A stretch of DNA of 64,000 nucleotides from assembly GCA_965217895.1 (NCBI GenBank), contig CBDCJV010000002.1, positions 3,776,001 through 3,840,000 of the forward strand, in the 5' to 3' direction. A program made the translations under genes and the position numbers. The notes beneath the pieces were generated by a model, which searched no databases, was not told the DNA's origin, and saw nothing but the letters and a program-made list of their open reading frames with translations. How positions within the stretch are numbered: the first letter of the stretch is position 1; each line of letters opens with the position of its first letter. The DNA comes from Waterburya sp. (GTDB taxonomy: Bacteria > Cyanobacteriota > Cyanobacteriia > Cyanobacteriales > Xenococcaceae). Shown here piece by piece: positions 44,424 through 54,523 of this stretch.

Positions 44424-45467
44424 ATGACCAAAATTGACTACGATGCGATCGCTAAACTTTCTTTGGCAGGGGAGTTAATTGATCGCACTACTGCCAAAAG
44501 CATTTTAACAGCCCCAGATTTGGTTTTATTAGAGCAATTAGCAGCAGCTTATCAGGTTCGTCATCATTATTGGTCAAATCGTGTCAGACTCCACTTTTTA
44601 CTCAACGCCCAAAGTGGCTTATGTCCCGAAGACTGCAACTACTGTTCTCAATCAAAAATTTCCTCTGCCGAGATTGAGAAATATCCTTTGATAGCCCAAG
44701 CAAGAATTGTCCAGGCAGCAGATAAGGCAGCAGACTTAAAAGCAGGTACATTTTGCATGGCTATTTCAGGGCGATCGCCTTCGGAATCTGTCTTTAGTAA
44801 TGTGTTGGATGCTTTTAAAGCCGTCAAAGAGAAACACGACTTAAAGATCTGTGCCTGTTTGGGGTTACTTGATGAATCTCAAACCCAACGTTTAGCTGAA
44901 GTGGGAGTAGATCGAGTTAACCATAATCTCAATACTTCAGAAAATCACCACGAGAATATCTGTAGCACTCATACTTTTCGCGATCGCGTAGCAACAATTA
45001 AAAACGTTCAAAAAGCAGGTATTACCACTTGTTCAGGAGGAATCCTGGGCATGAATGAAACCGATGAAGATATTATCGACTTGGCTTATTCCCTACGAGA
45101 GTTAGACGTTACCAGCGTGCCAATCAACTTTTTAATTCCCATTGCTGGTACGCCTTTAAGCGACGTTAATCAGCTAAATCCCCGTCGCTGTTTACGAATC
45201 TTAAACCTATTTAGATTTATTCTGCCTAAGCAAGAAATCAGAATTGCGGGAGGGAGAGAAGTCCACTTGCGATCGCTACAGATAATGGGTTTATATCCTG
45301 CAAACTCTATTTTTGTCGGCGACTATCTTACCACCACTGGACAGTCAGAAGACGCTGATTTAGCTATGATTCGCGATGGGGGATTTGTCTTAGAAAACCC
45401 TGACGGTTCAATTTTAAACCCAGAAGATAACCAATTAAAGGTTAAATTTAAACAATCAGCATTATAG
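44424..45467 (+). CDS. bioB: Biotin synthase
   Basis: [36 protein letters not shown]. Confidence 0.96.
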   Translation: MTKIDYDAIAKLSLAGELIDRTTAKSILTAPDLVLLEQLAAAYQVRHHYWSNRVRLHFLLNAQSGLCPEDCNYCSQSKISSAEIEKYPLIAQARIVQAADKAADLKAGTFCMAISGRSPSESVFSNVLDAFKAVKEKHDLKICACLGLLDESQTQRLAEVGVDRVNHNLNTSENHHENICSTHTFRDRVATIKNVQKAGITTCSGGILGMNETDEDIIDLAYSLRELDVTSVPINFLIPIAGTPLSDVNQLNPRRCLRILNLFRFILPKQEIRIAGGREVHLRSLQIMGLYPANSIFVGDYLTTTGQSEDADLAMIRDGGFVLENPDGSILNPEDNQLKVKFKQSAL

Positions 45468-46038
45468 GGAGACTTAGCCTAAAAGAATTTTGAGTAATAT
45501 CATCATTTGCGCCTAGAAAAATAGATGATATAACTTATGTATAACTAAATTATAGTTACATATTATCGATCTGCAATGCCAGACTATTTCAGCGTTTCAC
45601 GTAAATTAGTGATTATTTTGACTAATCAATAAAACTATTAAAAAGTAGCAAAAAAGGAAACTAAAATGCGGGTTCATTAAGAAAATTAATTTTGAGGAGT
45701 ATTCTAATTTGGTAGTAAATTAACGACTGGGTTTATGGTCTATAAAGAACATGACATCCAGCTTTGTAGCGATAAAATCTCTCTAATATTGCTACTTTCT
45801 TATGTTTAAATTTTTAAATTTTATTTGTAGACGACAAAGTGATTTGTTGACCACACAAGGCGGTCGGAGGTACATCTCTGACCAGGGTTTTCAATTGACT
45901 TGACTGTATTTTGAGCGACATCTCTTGTTCTGTTTTTCATCTGTTTGCGAAGAGAAAAAGTTGTTGTACTGCCAAGCCATTTGTCACCTTAGCTACTTAG
46001 CCTAATCTAGGGCAATAATCGTTACCCAGTAGTGGTAA

Positions 46039-47433
46039 ATGAACAAAAATTATCCAGAAAAGCTACAAGAACGAATATTAATAGTAGACGATTTACCCGA
46101 AAATATTAGATTGCTGTCATCTTTACTAAGTAATAAAGGTTATAGAGTTGATTCGGCTACGGATGGAAAAATGGCTTTGTCCATGATCAAGACAATCAGC
46201 CCTGATTTAATCTTGCTTGATATTATGTTGCCTATAATGGACGGATATCAGGTATGTCGTGTTTTAAAATCTCAGACAGAAACTCAAAGTATCCCAATTA
46301 TTTTTTTAAGCGGTTTAGATTCAGAGTACGATAAAGCTGAAGCTTTTCGAGTGGGGGGAGCAGATTATATTACCAAGCCTTTTTTTCTTGAGGAAGTGGT
46401 TTTTCGCGTCCAAACTCAATTAAATATTGTTCAACAGCAAGCAAAATTTCAGCAAGGTTTGAATGAGCAAATCTCCGAAAGAAAAATTGTTGAAAGAGAA
46501 TTAAATCAATCTCGTGCTTTGTTAACTGGAGTTTTAAATAGCTCCTTAGATGGGGTCGCTGCTTTTGAAGCAATTCGCGATCGCCATGGACAGATTGTCG
46601 ATTTTCGCTGGTTAATTGCTAATCCAGTAGCGGCGATGACCTTGGGCAAAACAACCCAAACCCTTAAAGGCAAACGATTATTTGTCGAAGAGTCTCCCAA
46701 TCATCTATTTTATGGGCTGTTTGAAGCATTTACTCAGGTTGTGGAAACTTGTACTGTGCTAGAAAAAGAACATTTTCACGACTCTCTTTCTCTTCCAGCC
46801 TGGTTTCATATTGTAGCGGTAAAGCTGGGTGATGGTTTTGCCATAACTTTCCGTGATATTAGCGATCGCAAACAAATAGAGGATACGCTAAAACAAACTA
46901 ATTTAAGATTAACTTACCAAGCTAATATTGACAGTCTGACTCAAATAGCTAATCGTCGTCGCTTTGATGAGTATATTGCTCAGGAATGGTCGCGATGCGC
47001 CCGCGATCAACAATATTTATCGCTAATTTTATGTGATGTGGATTATTTTAAATCTTACAATGACACTTATGGACACCAAGCAGGAGATAATTGTCTGTAT
47101 GAAGTGGCTCAAGGCATTGAACGGGCTGTTAAACGTCCTGCTGATATAGTATTTCGTTATGGGGGAGAAGAGTTTGCCGTGGTTTTACCCCATACAGAAG
47201 CAGCAGGGGCGCTCAAGGTAGCAGAAGATATTCGTGGACAAATTCAAGACTTACAAATACATCATGCTTCATCCCAAATTAGCGATATTATCAGTCTTAG
47301 CTTAGGCGTTACTAGTATTATTCCCGATCCTCGCTCATCGCCCCATGTTTTGATTGCTACTGCTGATGACGCTTTATACGACGCAAAACTCAAAGGTCGC
47401 GATCGCATTATTTATCGCACGGTAGATTCTTGA
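46039..47433 (+). CDS. REC-PAS-GGDEF diguanylate cyclase
   Basis: Intact GGEEF with RxxD I-site (RPAD). Confidence 0.93.
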   Translation: MNKNYPEKLQERILIVDDLPENIRLLSSLLSNKGYRVDSATDGKMALSMIKTISPDLILLDIMLPIMDGYQVCRVLKSQTETQSIPIIFLSGLDSEYDKAEAFRVGGADYITKPFFLEEVVFRVQTQLNIVQQQAKFQQGLNEQISERKIVERELNQSRALLTGVLNSSLDGVAAFEAIRDRHGQIVDFRWLIANPVAAMTLGKTTQTLKGKRLFVEESPNHLFYGLFEAFTQVVETCTVLEKEHFHDSLSLPAWFHIVAVKLGDGFAITFRDISDRKQIEDTLKQTNLRLTYQANIDSLTQIANRRRFDEYIAQEWSRCARDQQYLSLILCDVDYFKSYNDTYGHQAGDNCLYEVAQGIERAVKRPADIVFRYGGEEFAVVLPHTEAAGALKVAEDIRGQIQDLQIHHASSQISDIISLSLGVTSIIPDPRSSPHVLIATADDALYDAKLKGRDRIIYRTVDS

Positions 47434-48057
47434 AGATCGCTCGATTTCGAGGTTGATGTATTATCTAGAGAATGACTGCGTTTTACCAATTATTTTAAAT
47501 AGTTTGTTTGGTATATTTTTAGGATTTATAGTTAAAAAACACAGTTGTAACAAAATTATACTAGCGTCAAATTTCATAAATTCCTGTAAGATACTGGTAA
47601 ATGTATAGAGATTGAGTAACCTGCATTTCCACTTAGTTTTTATAAAAATTTAAATCTACAACTTTCTCTAATGTTATCTTGCAAAAGCGTAAAGCTATTT
47701 AATAAATATATTCAATAGTAAATCGTCTGTAAAACATTTAGCTTTAGATTAATTATAAGCTCTTAGAGCAAATAAAAATCTTAGTATTCATTGTTTAATA
47801 ACATGAACAAAACAAATAAACTTAATAAGCCTAAAAAACATGAATAAAATACATAATTTATTTTTTAAATATATTCATAATTTCTCATATTGTACAAAAT
47901 ATAGAAATTTCACAGTCATAAACAATAATTTTAGCTTTAAAGAAACCTTTTAATAATATTCAAACCCAATATATATAAAACATAATTAGATAGCTAGAAA
48001 TATATTCTATAACCAATATTTTTATTTCTATGTTAGTTATTTTGCTTAATTTTGTTA

Positions 48058-48912
48058 ATGATTAAATTATTAATAGTAGACGATCAAAATTTCACTAGGC
48101 AAGCATTACAGGCAATTTTAGAAACAGAACCAGATTTAGAAGTTGTTGGCAAAGCTGTTAATGGTAATGAAGCTTTTAAATACATGGAACAATTTCAGGT
48201 TGACATTATGATAGTTGACTTGGAAATGCCCGAAATGAGTGGTTTGACCGTAACCAAAATAACAAGTCAGCGTTTTCCCCAGACTAAAGTCATTATTCTT
48301 AGTAGTCACGACGACGAAGATAATATAAATGCAGCAGTCGAAGCAGGAGCAAAAGGTTATCTGCTCAAAAACACTTCGGCACAAGAAATTATTGATACAA
48401 TTCGGGCAATTCAAAGAGGCTATTTTCAGTTAGGGCCTGGACTATTTGAAAAGCTTCTTTCTCACCTAATTAAAGAAAAAGAACAGGCTGCTGATAATTT
48501 AGCTCAGCTTGAGGATAAATACGCACAGTCAATGATTAGGCTAGAAGAAAAGATACTTGCTAAAAATGAAGCTGAAAGGCAAGAGCTATACCAAGAAATT
48601 GAGCTACAAATTGCCAGTTTAAAACAAGATTTTCGTAAAGGTCTAGAAAATTTTCAATATCAGGTAAGCAATCAGCTACAAAGCGGGTTAAATGAGGCTA
48701 ATAATAGGTTTCATAGTTCTTTTCCTGACATACACAAAATTGAAATGCAAATAGATCATCGAAATGCAGAGCAGCAAAGATATATCAATACTTTATTTGC
48801 AGGAACTAAACAAGCTATATCTAAATTGGAAAAGCAAATAGAATTTACACGCCACTTTGTCATTTTTTTGAGCGTAGTATTTGTCATAGTTAACCTATTT
48901 CGTTTACGCTAG
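48058..48912 (+). CDS. NarL-type receiver protein with coiled coil and C-terminal TM, no HTH; paralog of 30225-30968
   Basis: IVDDQN, VDLEMP, GAKGYLLKNT, GYFQL. Confidence 0.85.
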   Translation: MIKLLIVDDQNFTRQALQAILETEPDLEVVGKAVNGNEAFKYMEQFQVDIMIVDLEMPEMSGLTVTKITSQRFPQTKVIILSSHDDEDNINAAVEAGAKGYLLKNTSAQEIIDTIRAIQRGYFQLGPGLFEKLLSHLIKEKEQAADNLAQLEDKYAQSMIRLEEKILAKNEAERQELYQEIELQIASLKQDFRKGLENFQYQVSNQLQSGLNEANNRFHSSFPDIHKIEMQIDHRNAEQQRYINTLFAGTKQAISKLEKQIEFTRHFVIFLSVVFVIVNLFRLR

Positions 48913-48997
48913 CTTTATTGGCAGGCATTTATATTTAAGATACCAACATTAACTTTTTGCCCTAACCTCTAACCTCTATCAAATCCATTTTATATTT

Positions 48998-49348
48998 AAT
49001 TACCCAACTCCTTCGGAGTTAAGTAGCAGCCGCGTGGAGCGGCTCGACTTTCCTTCGGAAAGGCGGCGAACTCCAGTTCGCGCAGATAGCAATTAAGAAA
49101 AACTCCGAAGTTGGTAATTGCGCCTCTTCATTCATGAGGAAAAGGTGAAAAAATAATTCAACTCTTGAATACATGCGGGCAAGCCCTTTGTCTGACACAG
49201 GAGCTATCGCTCCATGTCGTCGTCTTCGACGACTTTGCAAGCTTTGCTTGCTGTGGCAGAGGTTGAACTTGCAGACGCGAAGCGCGTCTCGCCGTTGCGG
49301 AGCAACGTCGGCAGCCTCCAGGCTGCGCTACTTGTTATCTGCTACTTG
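48998..49348. repeat. GC-rich multi-hairpin composite between the response regulator and dnaN
   Basis: Two 58-nt triple hairpins (49026-49083, 49271-49328), a four-way junction (49191-49260), bracket inverted repeat 48998-49020/49101-49119. Confidence 0.85.
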
Positions 49349-49382
49349 TGAAACCTACCCACTTATAAACACTTTCTAACAA

Positions 49383-50549
49383 TTAATTTCTAATTTGGAC
49401 AGGCATTACGAGGTAGGTCATATTTAATCCTCCCAGAGGTGTAAAGATAACTGGTTGATTCCACTCGTTTAACTGCATTTTAATTTCTGCTGCGGGAAGT
49501 GCTTTTAGTCCGTCCATTAGGTATTTAATATTAAAAGCGATGTCTATATCTTCGCCGATAATTTCTGCAGGTAAAGTCTGTTTGGCATTACCTATATCCT
49601 GAGCATCCGCTGAAACTATCAACTCTCCCTGGTCATTATTGATGCTAAATTTGACCAAGTTATTTTTTTGCGCCAGTACTGCTACTAGTTCTAGACTACT
49701 CAGCAATCTTTTGCGATCTAAAATAATTTCACGGGTAAAACTATTTGGTATTAATTGTCCGTAGGCAGGATAGTCTCCTGGTATATTTGCACTAGTTAAC
49801 AGGCGATCGCCCAATTCAAAAACGATTATCTGTTCATCAAAGCTAACCCTCACTAGATCTGTTATTTGAGAATCACCCACAATTTTTTCTAGTTCTCGCA
49901 ATGCTTTGGCAGGAATGGTTAAGGAAAATTCGGGTAAGGTAATTGCTGATTCTGAAGCTTCAGAATTGAGATCGGCTGCCACCACTGCTAAACGATGACT
50001 ATCAGTAGCAGCAAATTCAAGTATATCTCCTTGATTATCCGCTCCTAAACCCTGAGTTTTAAGATGTACTCCTGTAAGCACCTGTTTGGATAATTCTGTA
50101 GAGGCAGCAAATAGGCATCCTCCTAATCCCTCGTTGAGTGCTGAAATAGGTAATTCTATTGTTTTTCCAGATTCTACGGTGGGCAATTCGGGAAATTCGC
50201 TGGCTTCAATTCCCGCTAGCTGAAATTGTCCTGATGCGGAACTGATCGTGGCGAGACTTGTTTCGTCTTCAGGAACATCTAGAGTAATCTCCATTTCTGG
50301 TAAACGAGTTACGATATCATTTAAGAGTTTGGCTGGTAGGGTAATACTGCCACCTTCGATAACTTCGGAGCTAAAGCTCGTTTTGATACCCAAGCTGCCA
50401 TCAAAAGCAATAACGCTAACCTTTTGCGTTGTTTCTATTGCCTCAAGCAAGACATTTCCTAATACTGCGGGTTCTGGACGAGAAGGAACGGCACGGCTGA
50501 CTAGAGAAAGATTATTTTTTAGATCGCTTTGACTACAAACAATTTTCAT
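49383..50549 (-). CDS. dnaN: DNA polymerase III beta clamp
   Basis: AATDSHRLA, AFNIKYLMD, YLVMPVQ; downstream of dnaA. Confidence 0.97.
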   Translation of the reverse strand: MKIVCSQSDLKNNLSLVSRAVPSRPEPAVLGNVLLEAIETTQKVSVIAFDGSLGIKTSFSSEVIEGGSITLPAKLLNDIVTRLPEMEITLDVPEDETSLATISSASGQFQLAGIEASEFPELPTVESGKTIELPISALNEGLGGCLFAASTELSKQVLTGVHLKTQGLGADNQGDILEFAATDSHRLAVVAADLNSEASESAITLPEFSLTIPAKALRELEKIVGDSQITDLVRVSFDEQIIVFELGDRLLTSANIPGDYPAYGQLIPNSFTREIILDRKRLLSSLELVAVLAQKNNLVKFSINNDQGELIVSADAQDIGNAKQTLPAEIIGEDIDIAFNIKYLMDGLKALPAAEIKMQLNEWNQPVIFTPLGGLNMTYLVMPVQIRN

Positions 50550-50610
50550 CTCGAAATTAGAATTAACTAATATTTTAAAACAAGTGTACTATGAAATTTT
50601 CTAAGCAGCT

Positions 50611-50661
50611 TGTGGAAAACTTGTGGATAACTGAGGAAATCTAATCTTAAGCTGTGGAAAA
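50611..50661. promoter_or_regulatory. DnaA-box cluster, probable oriC
   Basis: TGTGGAAAA 50611-50619, TGTGGATAA 50622-50630, degenerate TGAGGAAAT 50632-50640, TGTGGAAAA 50653-50661 in the dnaA-dnaN spacer. Confidence 0.75.
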
Positions 50662-50663
50662 GA

Positions 50664-52034
50664 TTAGTCTTGAGATTTTTGCCGACTAACAAAATTAATG
50701 CGATCGCTTAATAAAGAGATAGTTTGATTAAGCTGACGATCTACTCTGATCTGTTTAGAAATCTTGTCACAACTATACATGACTGTGGTATGGTCTTTAC
50801 CACCAAACTTTTCACCAATGCGAGGTAGACTCAAATCGGTATGTTGACGCATCAGATACATGGCAATATGTCTGGCGTTACTAATTTCGCGCCGTCGAGA
50901 ACTCCCTTTGAGATCTTCAGCAGAAATGTTTAAGATTTCCACCGCCACATCAATAATCGTATCGGGAGAAGCAGTAATCTGCTCTATCTTAGGATTAAGC
51001 ACCGTCGCAATATTTTCCACCGTCATCGATAAACCAGAAAGGGAAATATATGCCGTTGTTCTAATTAATGCGCCCTCTAATTCTCTAATATTAGAAGTAT
51101 ATTGACTAGCAATATATTCAATCGCTTCTTTAGGAAGATAAACGTTTTCATATTCCGCTTTTTTTTGCAAGATTGCCATGCGGGTTTCTAAATCTGGCAC
51201 TTGAACATCGGCAATCAAACCCATAGAGAAACGGGAACTCAGACGTTCTTGCAGTTTGGGAATTTGATTTGGAGGGCGATCGCTAGCTAAAACCACCTGT
51301 TTTCCTGCTTCATGTAGGGTGTTAAAGGTGTGGAAAAACTCCTCTTGAGTGTATTCCTTACCCTCAATAAATTGAATGTCGTCTACCAGCAAAATATCGG
51401 CAGAACGATAGTGTTCTCGAAGGGTTTGAATACTATCGTTGCGAATTGCCGCAATTAGATCATTAGTAAATTGTTCGGTGGAGACATAAAAGACTTTAGC
51501 ATCGGCATTAATTTCTAGATGATAGTGTCCAATCGCCTGCATCAAATGAGTTTTGCCTAAGCCTACCCCACCACAGAGAAAAAGAGGGTTAAAATCCCGC
51601 CCAGGAGACTCAGCCACAGCTAAAGAAGCAGCGTGTACCATTCGATTAGTCGGCCCAACTACGAAGCTATAGAAAGTATATTTAGGATTTAATTTAGCTG
51701 GCTTAAGTGAGTTCCTAGTCGTCGGCAACTTATACTTTTGAGAAGCAATCTTAGCCCGATCGGTAACAAAAGCAAGACTTCCTTCCTGTTGAGATTTTAA
51801 ACGAATCTCTAAAGTTTGACCGCTGACTTCGGCGACCACATCACTAATAAGATTGAGATAGTGCTTTTGCAAATGATTCATTACAAAGGCATTGGGGGTC
51901 AAAATAGTCAAACAGTTTGGATTCAAATCTTCAATAGTGGCATTTTGAATCCAAGTCTCAAAAGTAGGACGACTAAGCCGTTGTTTGAGATGTTCTAAGA
52001 CTTGTTCCCATAGCTGTTCTGAAGAAATTGCCAC
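50664..52034 (-). CDS. dnaA: Chromosomal replication initiator DnaA
   Basis: [43 protein letters not shown]. Confidence 0.98.
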   Translation of the reverse strand: MAISSEQLWEQVLEHLKQRLSRPTFETWIQNATIEDLNPNCLTILTPNAFVMNHLQKHYLNLISDVVAEVSGQTLEIRLKSQQEGSLAFVTDRAKIASQKYKLPTTRNSLKPAKLNPKYTFYSFVVGPTNRMVHAASLAVAESPGRDFNPLFLCGGVGLGKTHLMQAIGHYHLEINADAKVFYVSTEQFTNDLIAAIRNDSIQTLREHYRSADILLVDDIQFIEGKEYTQEEFFHTFNTLHEAGKQVVLASDRPPNQIPKLQERLSSRFSMGLIADVQVPDLETRMAILQKKAEYENVYLPKEAIEYIASQYTSNIRELEGALIRTTAYISLSGLSMTVENIATVLNPKIEQITASPDTIIDVAVEILNISAEDLKGSSRRREISNARHIAMYLMRQHTDLSLPRIGEKFGGKDHTTVMYSCDKISKQIRVDRQLNQTISLLSDRINFVSRQKSQD

Positions 52035-52195
52035 TCTATCTTGATGTACTCTAATGCTATTAGTGATTTGAAGATCTTATCAGTTGATTTGAATTAAAAT
52101 TGCTAATATTTAACAACTATTTTCAATGATTAAAATGTACTAATTAAACAAAAATTATTCAAGTAAGCTCAAAAAGCAGTTTTAAAGAGATAAAT

Positions 52196-52726
52196 ATGGC
52201 AAAATTACCGAAAATCGCCCAAATAGGACAACAGGTTCTCCGAACCAAAGCTAAATCTGTAATCAAGATTAATGATAAGGATATCTTATCTCTAATAGAC
52301 TCTTTAATCGCTACAGCGATCGCCAGTAAAGGCGTAGGCATTGCTGCACCCCAAATCTCTCAACCCTATCGACTATTTATTGTCGCATCTCACCCTAGCG
52401 ATCGCTATCCTTACGCGCCGACTATGCCACCAACGGCAATGATTAATCCGCAGATTTTGAATCATAGTGAAGAAACAGTAAAAGATTGGGAAGGATGTCT
52501 AAGCGTACCAAATGTTCGGGGTTTAGTACCAAGATATCGCCAAATAGAAGTAGAATACACCACTCAAGCAGGTGAAATTAAACAGGAAGTATTTACAGAC
52601 TTTATCGCTCGTATTTTTCAGCACGAACTCGATCATCTTGACGGTATTTTATTTGTAGATCGAGTTAAAAATGAGGCAGATTTGTATACCGAGGCAGAAT
52701 ATCAGCAAATAATTAGTAATCAATAA
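52196..52726 (+). CDS. def: Peptide deformylase
   Basis: GVGIAAPQI, EGCLS, QHELDHLDG. Confidence 0.96.
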   Translation: MAKLPKIAQIGQQVLRTKAKSVIKINDKDILSLIDSLIATAIASKGVGIAAPQISQPYRLFIVASHPSDRYPYAPTMPPTAMINPQILNHSEETVKDWEGCLSVPNVRGLVPRYRQIEVEYTTQAGEIKQEVFTDFIARIFQHELDHLDGILFVDRVKNEADLYTEAEYQQIISNQ

Positions 52727-52732
52727 TTATTT

Positions 52733-52794
52733 GGTGGGCATTGGTTAAACGTCTTTTCTATGATAAATAGAATTTTATTTCCTGCCCACCCTAC
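52733..52794. repeat. REP-like element GGTGGGCA...TGCCCACCCTAC
   Basis: Inverted arms with a GTAG end on the minus strand. Confidence 0.6.
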
Positions 52795-52804
52795 AATAAA
52801 ATAA

Positions 52805-53704
52805 ATGAAAGAAGTGATCGGTGTGGATTTGGGCGGTACAGCAATTAAGCTGGGGCGATTTCTCCCTGATGGAACTTGTCTTGAGTCAATTTCTTTAGCT
52901 ACACCCCAACCAGCCAATCCTCAGCCAGTAATAAGGGCGATCGCTCAAGGAGTCAATCAGCTTAATCAAGATCGTACCTGTATTGCGATCGGTCTGGGTG
53001 TTCCAGGCCCCACAGATACCGCCAGGCGTATTGCCAAAAAATCCATTAACCTCCCAAGTTGGGATAATGTCCCTGTTGCCGACTGGTTAGAGGCGCAAAC
53101 TGGATTACCAACTGTGTTAGAAAATGATGCTAACTGCGCTGCGATAGGCGAGGCTTGGTTAGGTGCAGGTAAACAATTTAAAGATTTTATTCTCCTTACT
53201 CTAGGAACGGGTGTAGGCGGGGGAATTTTTCTCGATGGCAAATTATTTACTGGACGCTGTGGCGCAGCAGGAGAGTTAGGCTTAATTACTCTTAATCCTG
53301 ATGGTTTTCCCTGTCGCAGCGGAAATCAGGGTTCATTAGAACAATATGCCTCTATTGGTTCAGTTATTCGTAATACAGGCAAGCAACCCGCAGAAATAGG
53401 AAGATTAGCAGAATTGGGAGATAAAACGGCTTTAGCATTTTGGCACGACTACGGTAAAACTTTAGGTGCAGGTTTAGCTAGTTTGATCTATGTTTTAACT
53501 CCCGAAGCGGTGATTATTGGCGGGGGAATTAGTGCTAGCTCTCGGTTTTTTATGCCTAGCACTTTAAAAGAAATTGAGCGACGGGTAGTATCCCCTTCTC
53601 GTCCAGGTTTACAGTTGCTTACTGCCGAATTAGGAAATAAGGCAGGAATGCTAGGCGCAGCTAAATTGGTTTATGACGAGATAAAGTTTCGTCAAATGTG
53701 GTAA
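52805..53704 (+). CDS. ROK-family sugar kinase
   Basis: DLGGT, ENDANCAA, LGTGVGGG, GELG. Confidence 0.92.
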   Translation: MKEVIGVDLGGTAIKLGRFLPDGTCLESISLATPQPANPQPVIRAIAQGVNQLNQDRTCIAIGLGVPGPTDTARRIAKKSINLPSWDNVPVADWLEAQTGLPTVLENDANCAAIGEAWLGAGKQFKDFILLTLGTGVGGGIFLDGKLFTGRCGAAGELGLITLNPDGFPCRSGNQGSLEQYASIGSVIRNTGKQPAEIGRLAELGDKTALAFWHDYGKTLGAGLASLIYVLTPEAVIIGGGISASSRFFMPSTLKEIERRVVSPSRPGLQLLTAELGNKAGMLGAAKLVYDEIKFRQMW

Positions 53705-53762
53705 CAAAAAGCGACAAGTAAGCGATCGCTAATCAAACATAAATTAGAAAAACCACAGCTTA

Positions 53763-54407
53763 TTAATTTGGTTCGAGAATTACTTCATCATGAGCAGAAG
53801 TTTCTAAAGCTTCTTCTAATTGCTTATTTTCTTTACCTTCTATTATTTTAGAATTAGCTTCTGTGTCCTTCAATTGGACACAAATATCAAAAAGAACTTC
53901 AGCCAAATCACTACGAGAAATCTTGGCAGAAGATAGTTTGGCAAGATTCAATTCTAACTTTTCTAATATTTGCTGTTTGAATAAATGTAAAGTTTGCTCG
54001 AATTCGGATTTCGACTGAATAATCTCCGATTTCAAACTATTATTGTAAGCATTAATACTATTTTGCAGAAAGTCAGCATTTCTGTAGCTATGCTGAGTTA
54101 ATGTATCCAGTTCTTGCCTAGTTTTACTTTGTTCTTTTTGAGCAGCGATGGAAAAATATTGGATCTTTTTTTCCCAAGCATTAGTTGTGGAGTCTATTTT
54201 AGAAATCAGCCTGTTTTCTAATTCTTTTAGCTGTTTTTCAATGGCTGTTTTAAACTCTTGATGATTAAATTCAAGCTGATTAATTCGTTGATCGTACTGC
54301 TCTAATTTATGCTCATACTCTTTTATTTGTTCTCCAAACAACAATTCTTGTAACTGGGTAATATTTCCTAATCTTTGGCGTATTTCAGCCTTAGTTATTT
54401 CACTCAT
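53763..54407 (-). CDS. Coiled-coil hypothetical protein
   Basis: RLGNITQLQELLFG N-terminus, heptad-rich, SRSDLAEVLF. Confidence 0.7.
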   Translation of the reverse strand: MSEITKAEIRQRLGNITQLQELLFGEQIKEYEHKLEQYDQRINQLEFNHQEFKTAIEKQLKELENRLISKIDSTTNAWEKKIQYFSIAAQKEQSKTRQELDTLTQHSYRNADFLQNSINAYNNSLKSEIIQSKSEFEQTLHLFKQQILEKLELNLAKLSSAKISRSDLAEVLFDICVQLKDTEANSKIIEGKENKQLEEALETSAHDEVILEPN

Positions 54408-54523
54408 GCTTCATCGCTTCTCAAACTAATTTAATACAACTATAGCAGTTATTAACCGATATCTTATGTCCAAACTACTGTAGCTAGTTTTCCCAAAGAT
54501 AGAAAAGACTTGTCGAATTTTAA

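Noticed and set aside
45851..45885. GGTCGGAG/CTCTGACC hairpin upstream of the diguanylate cyclase as a c-di-GMP riboswitch or Yfr1
   Set aside because: Lacks c-di-GMP-I conserved elements and the Yfr1 ACTCCTCACAC motif.
49191..49260. tRNA gene
   Set aside because: Cloverleaf-like, but lacks the TTCRA T-loop, D-loop GG, 7-nt anticodon loop and CCA.
49019..49379. ORFs 49019-49240 and 49173-49379 (also 62631-62813 and 36872-37072)
   Set aside because: Open only because they cross GC-rich palindromic repeats or the IS remnant; no protein-like features.
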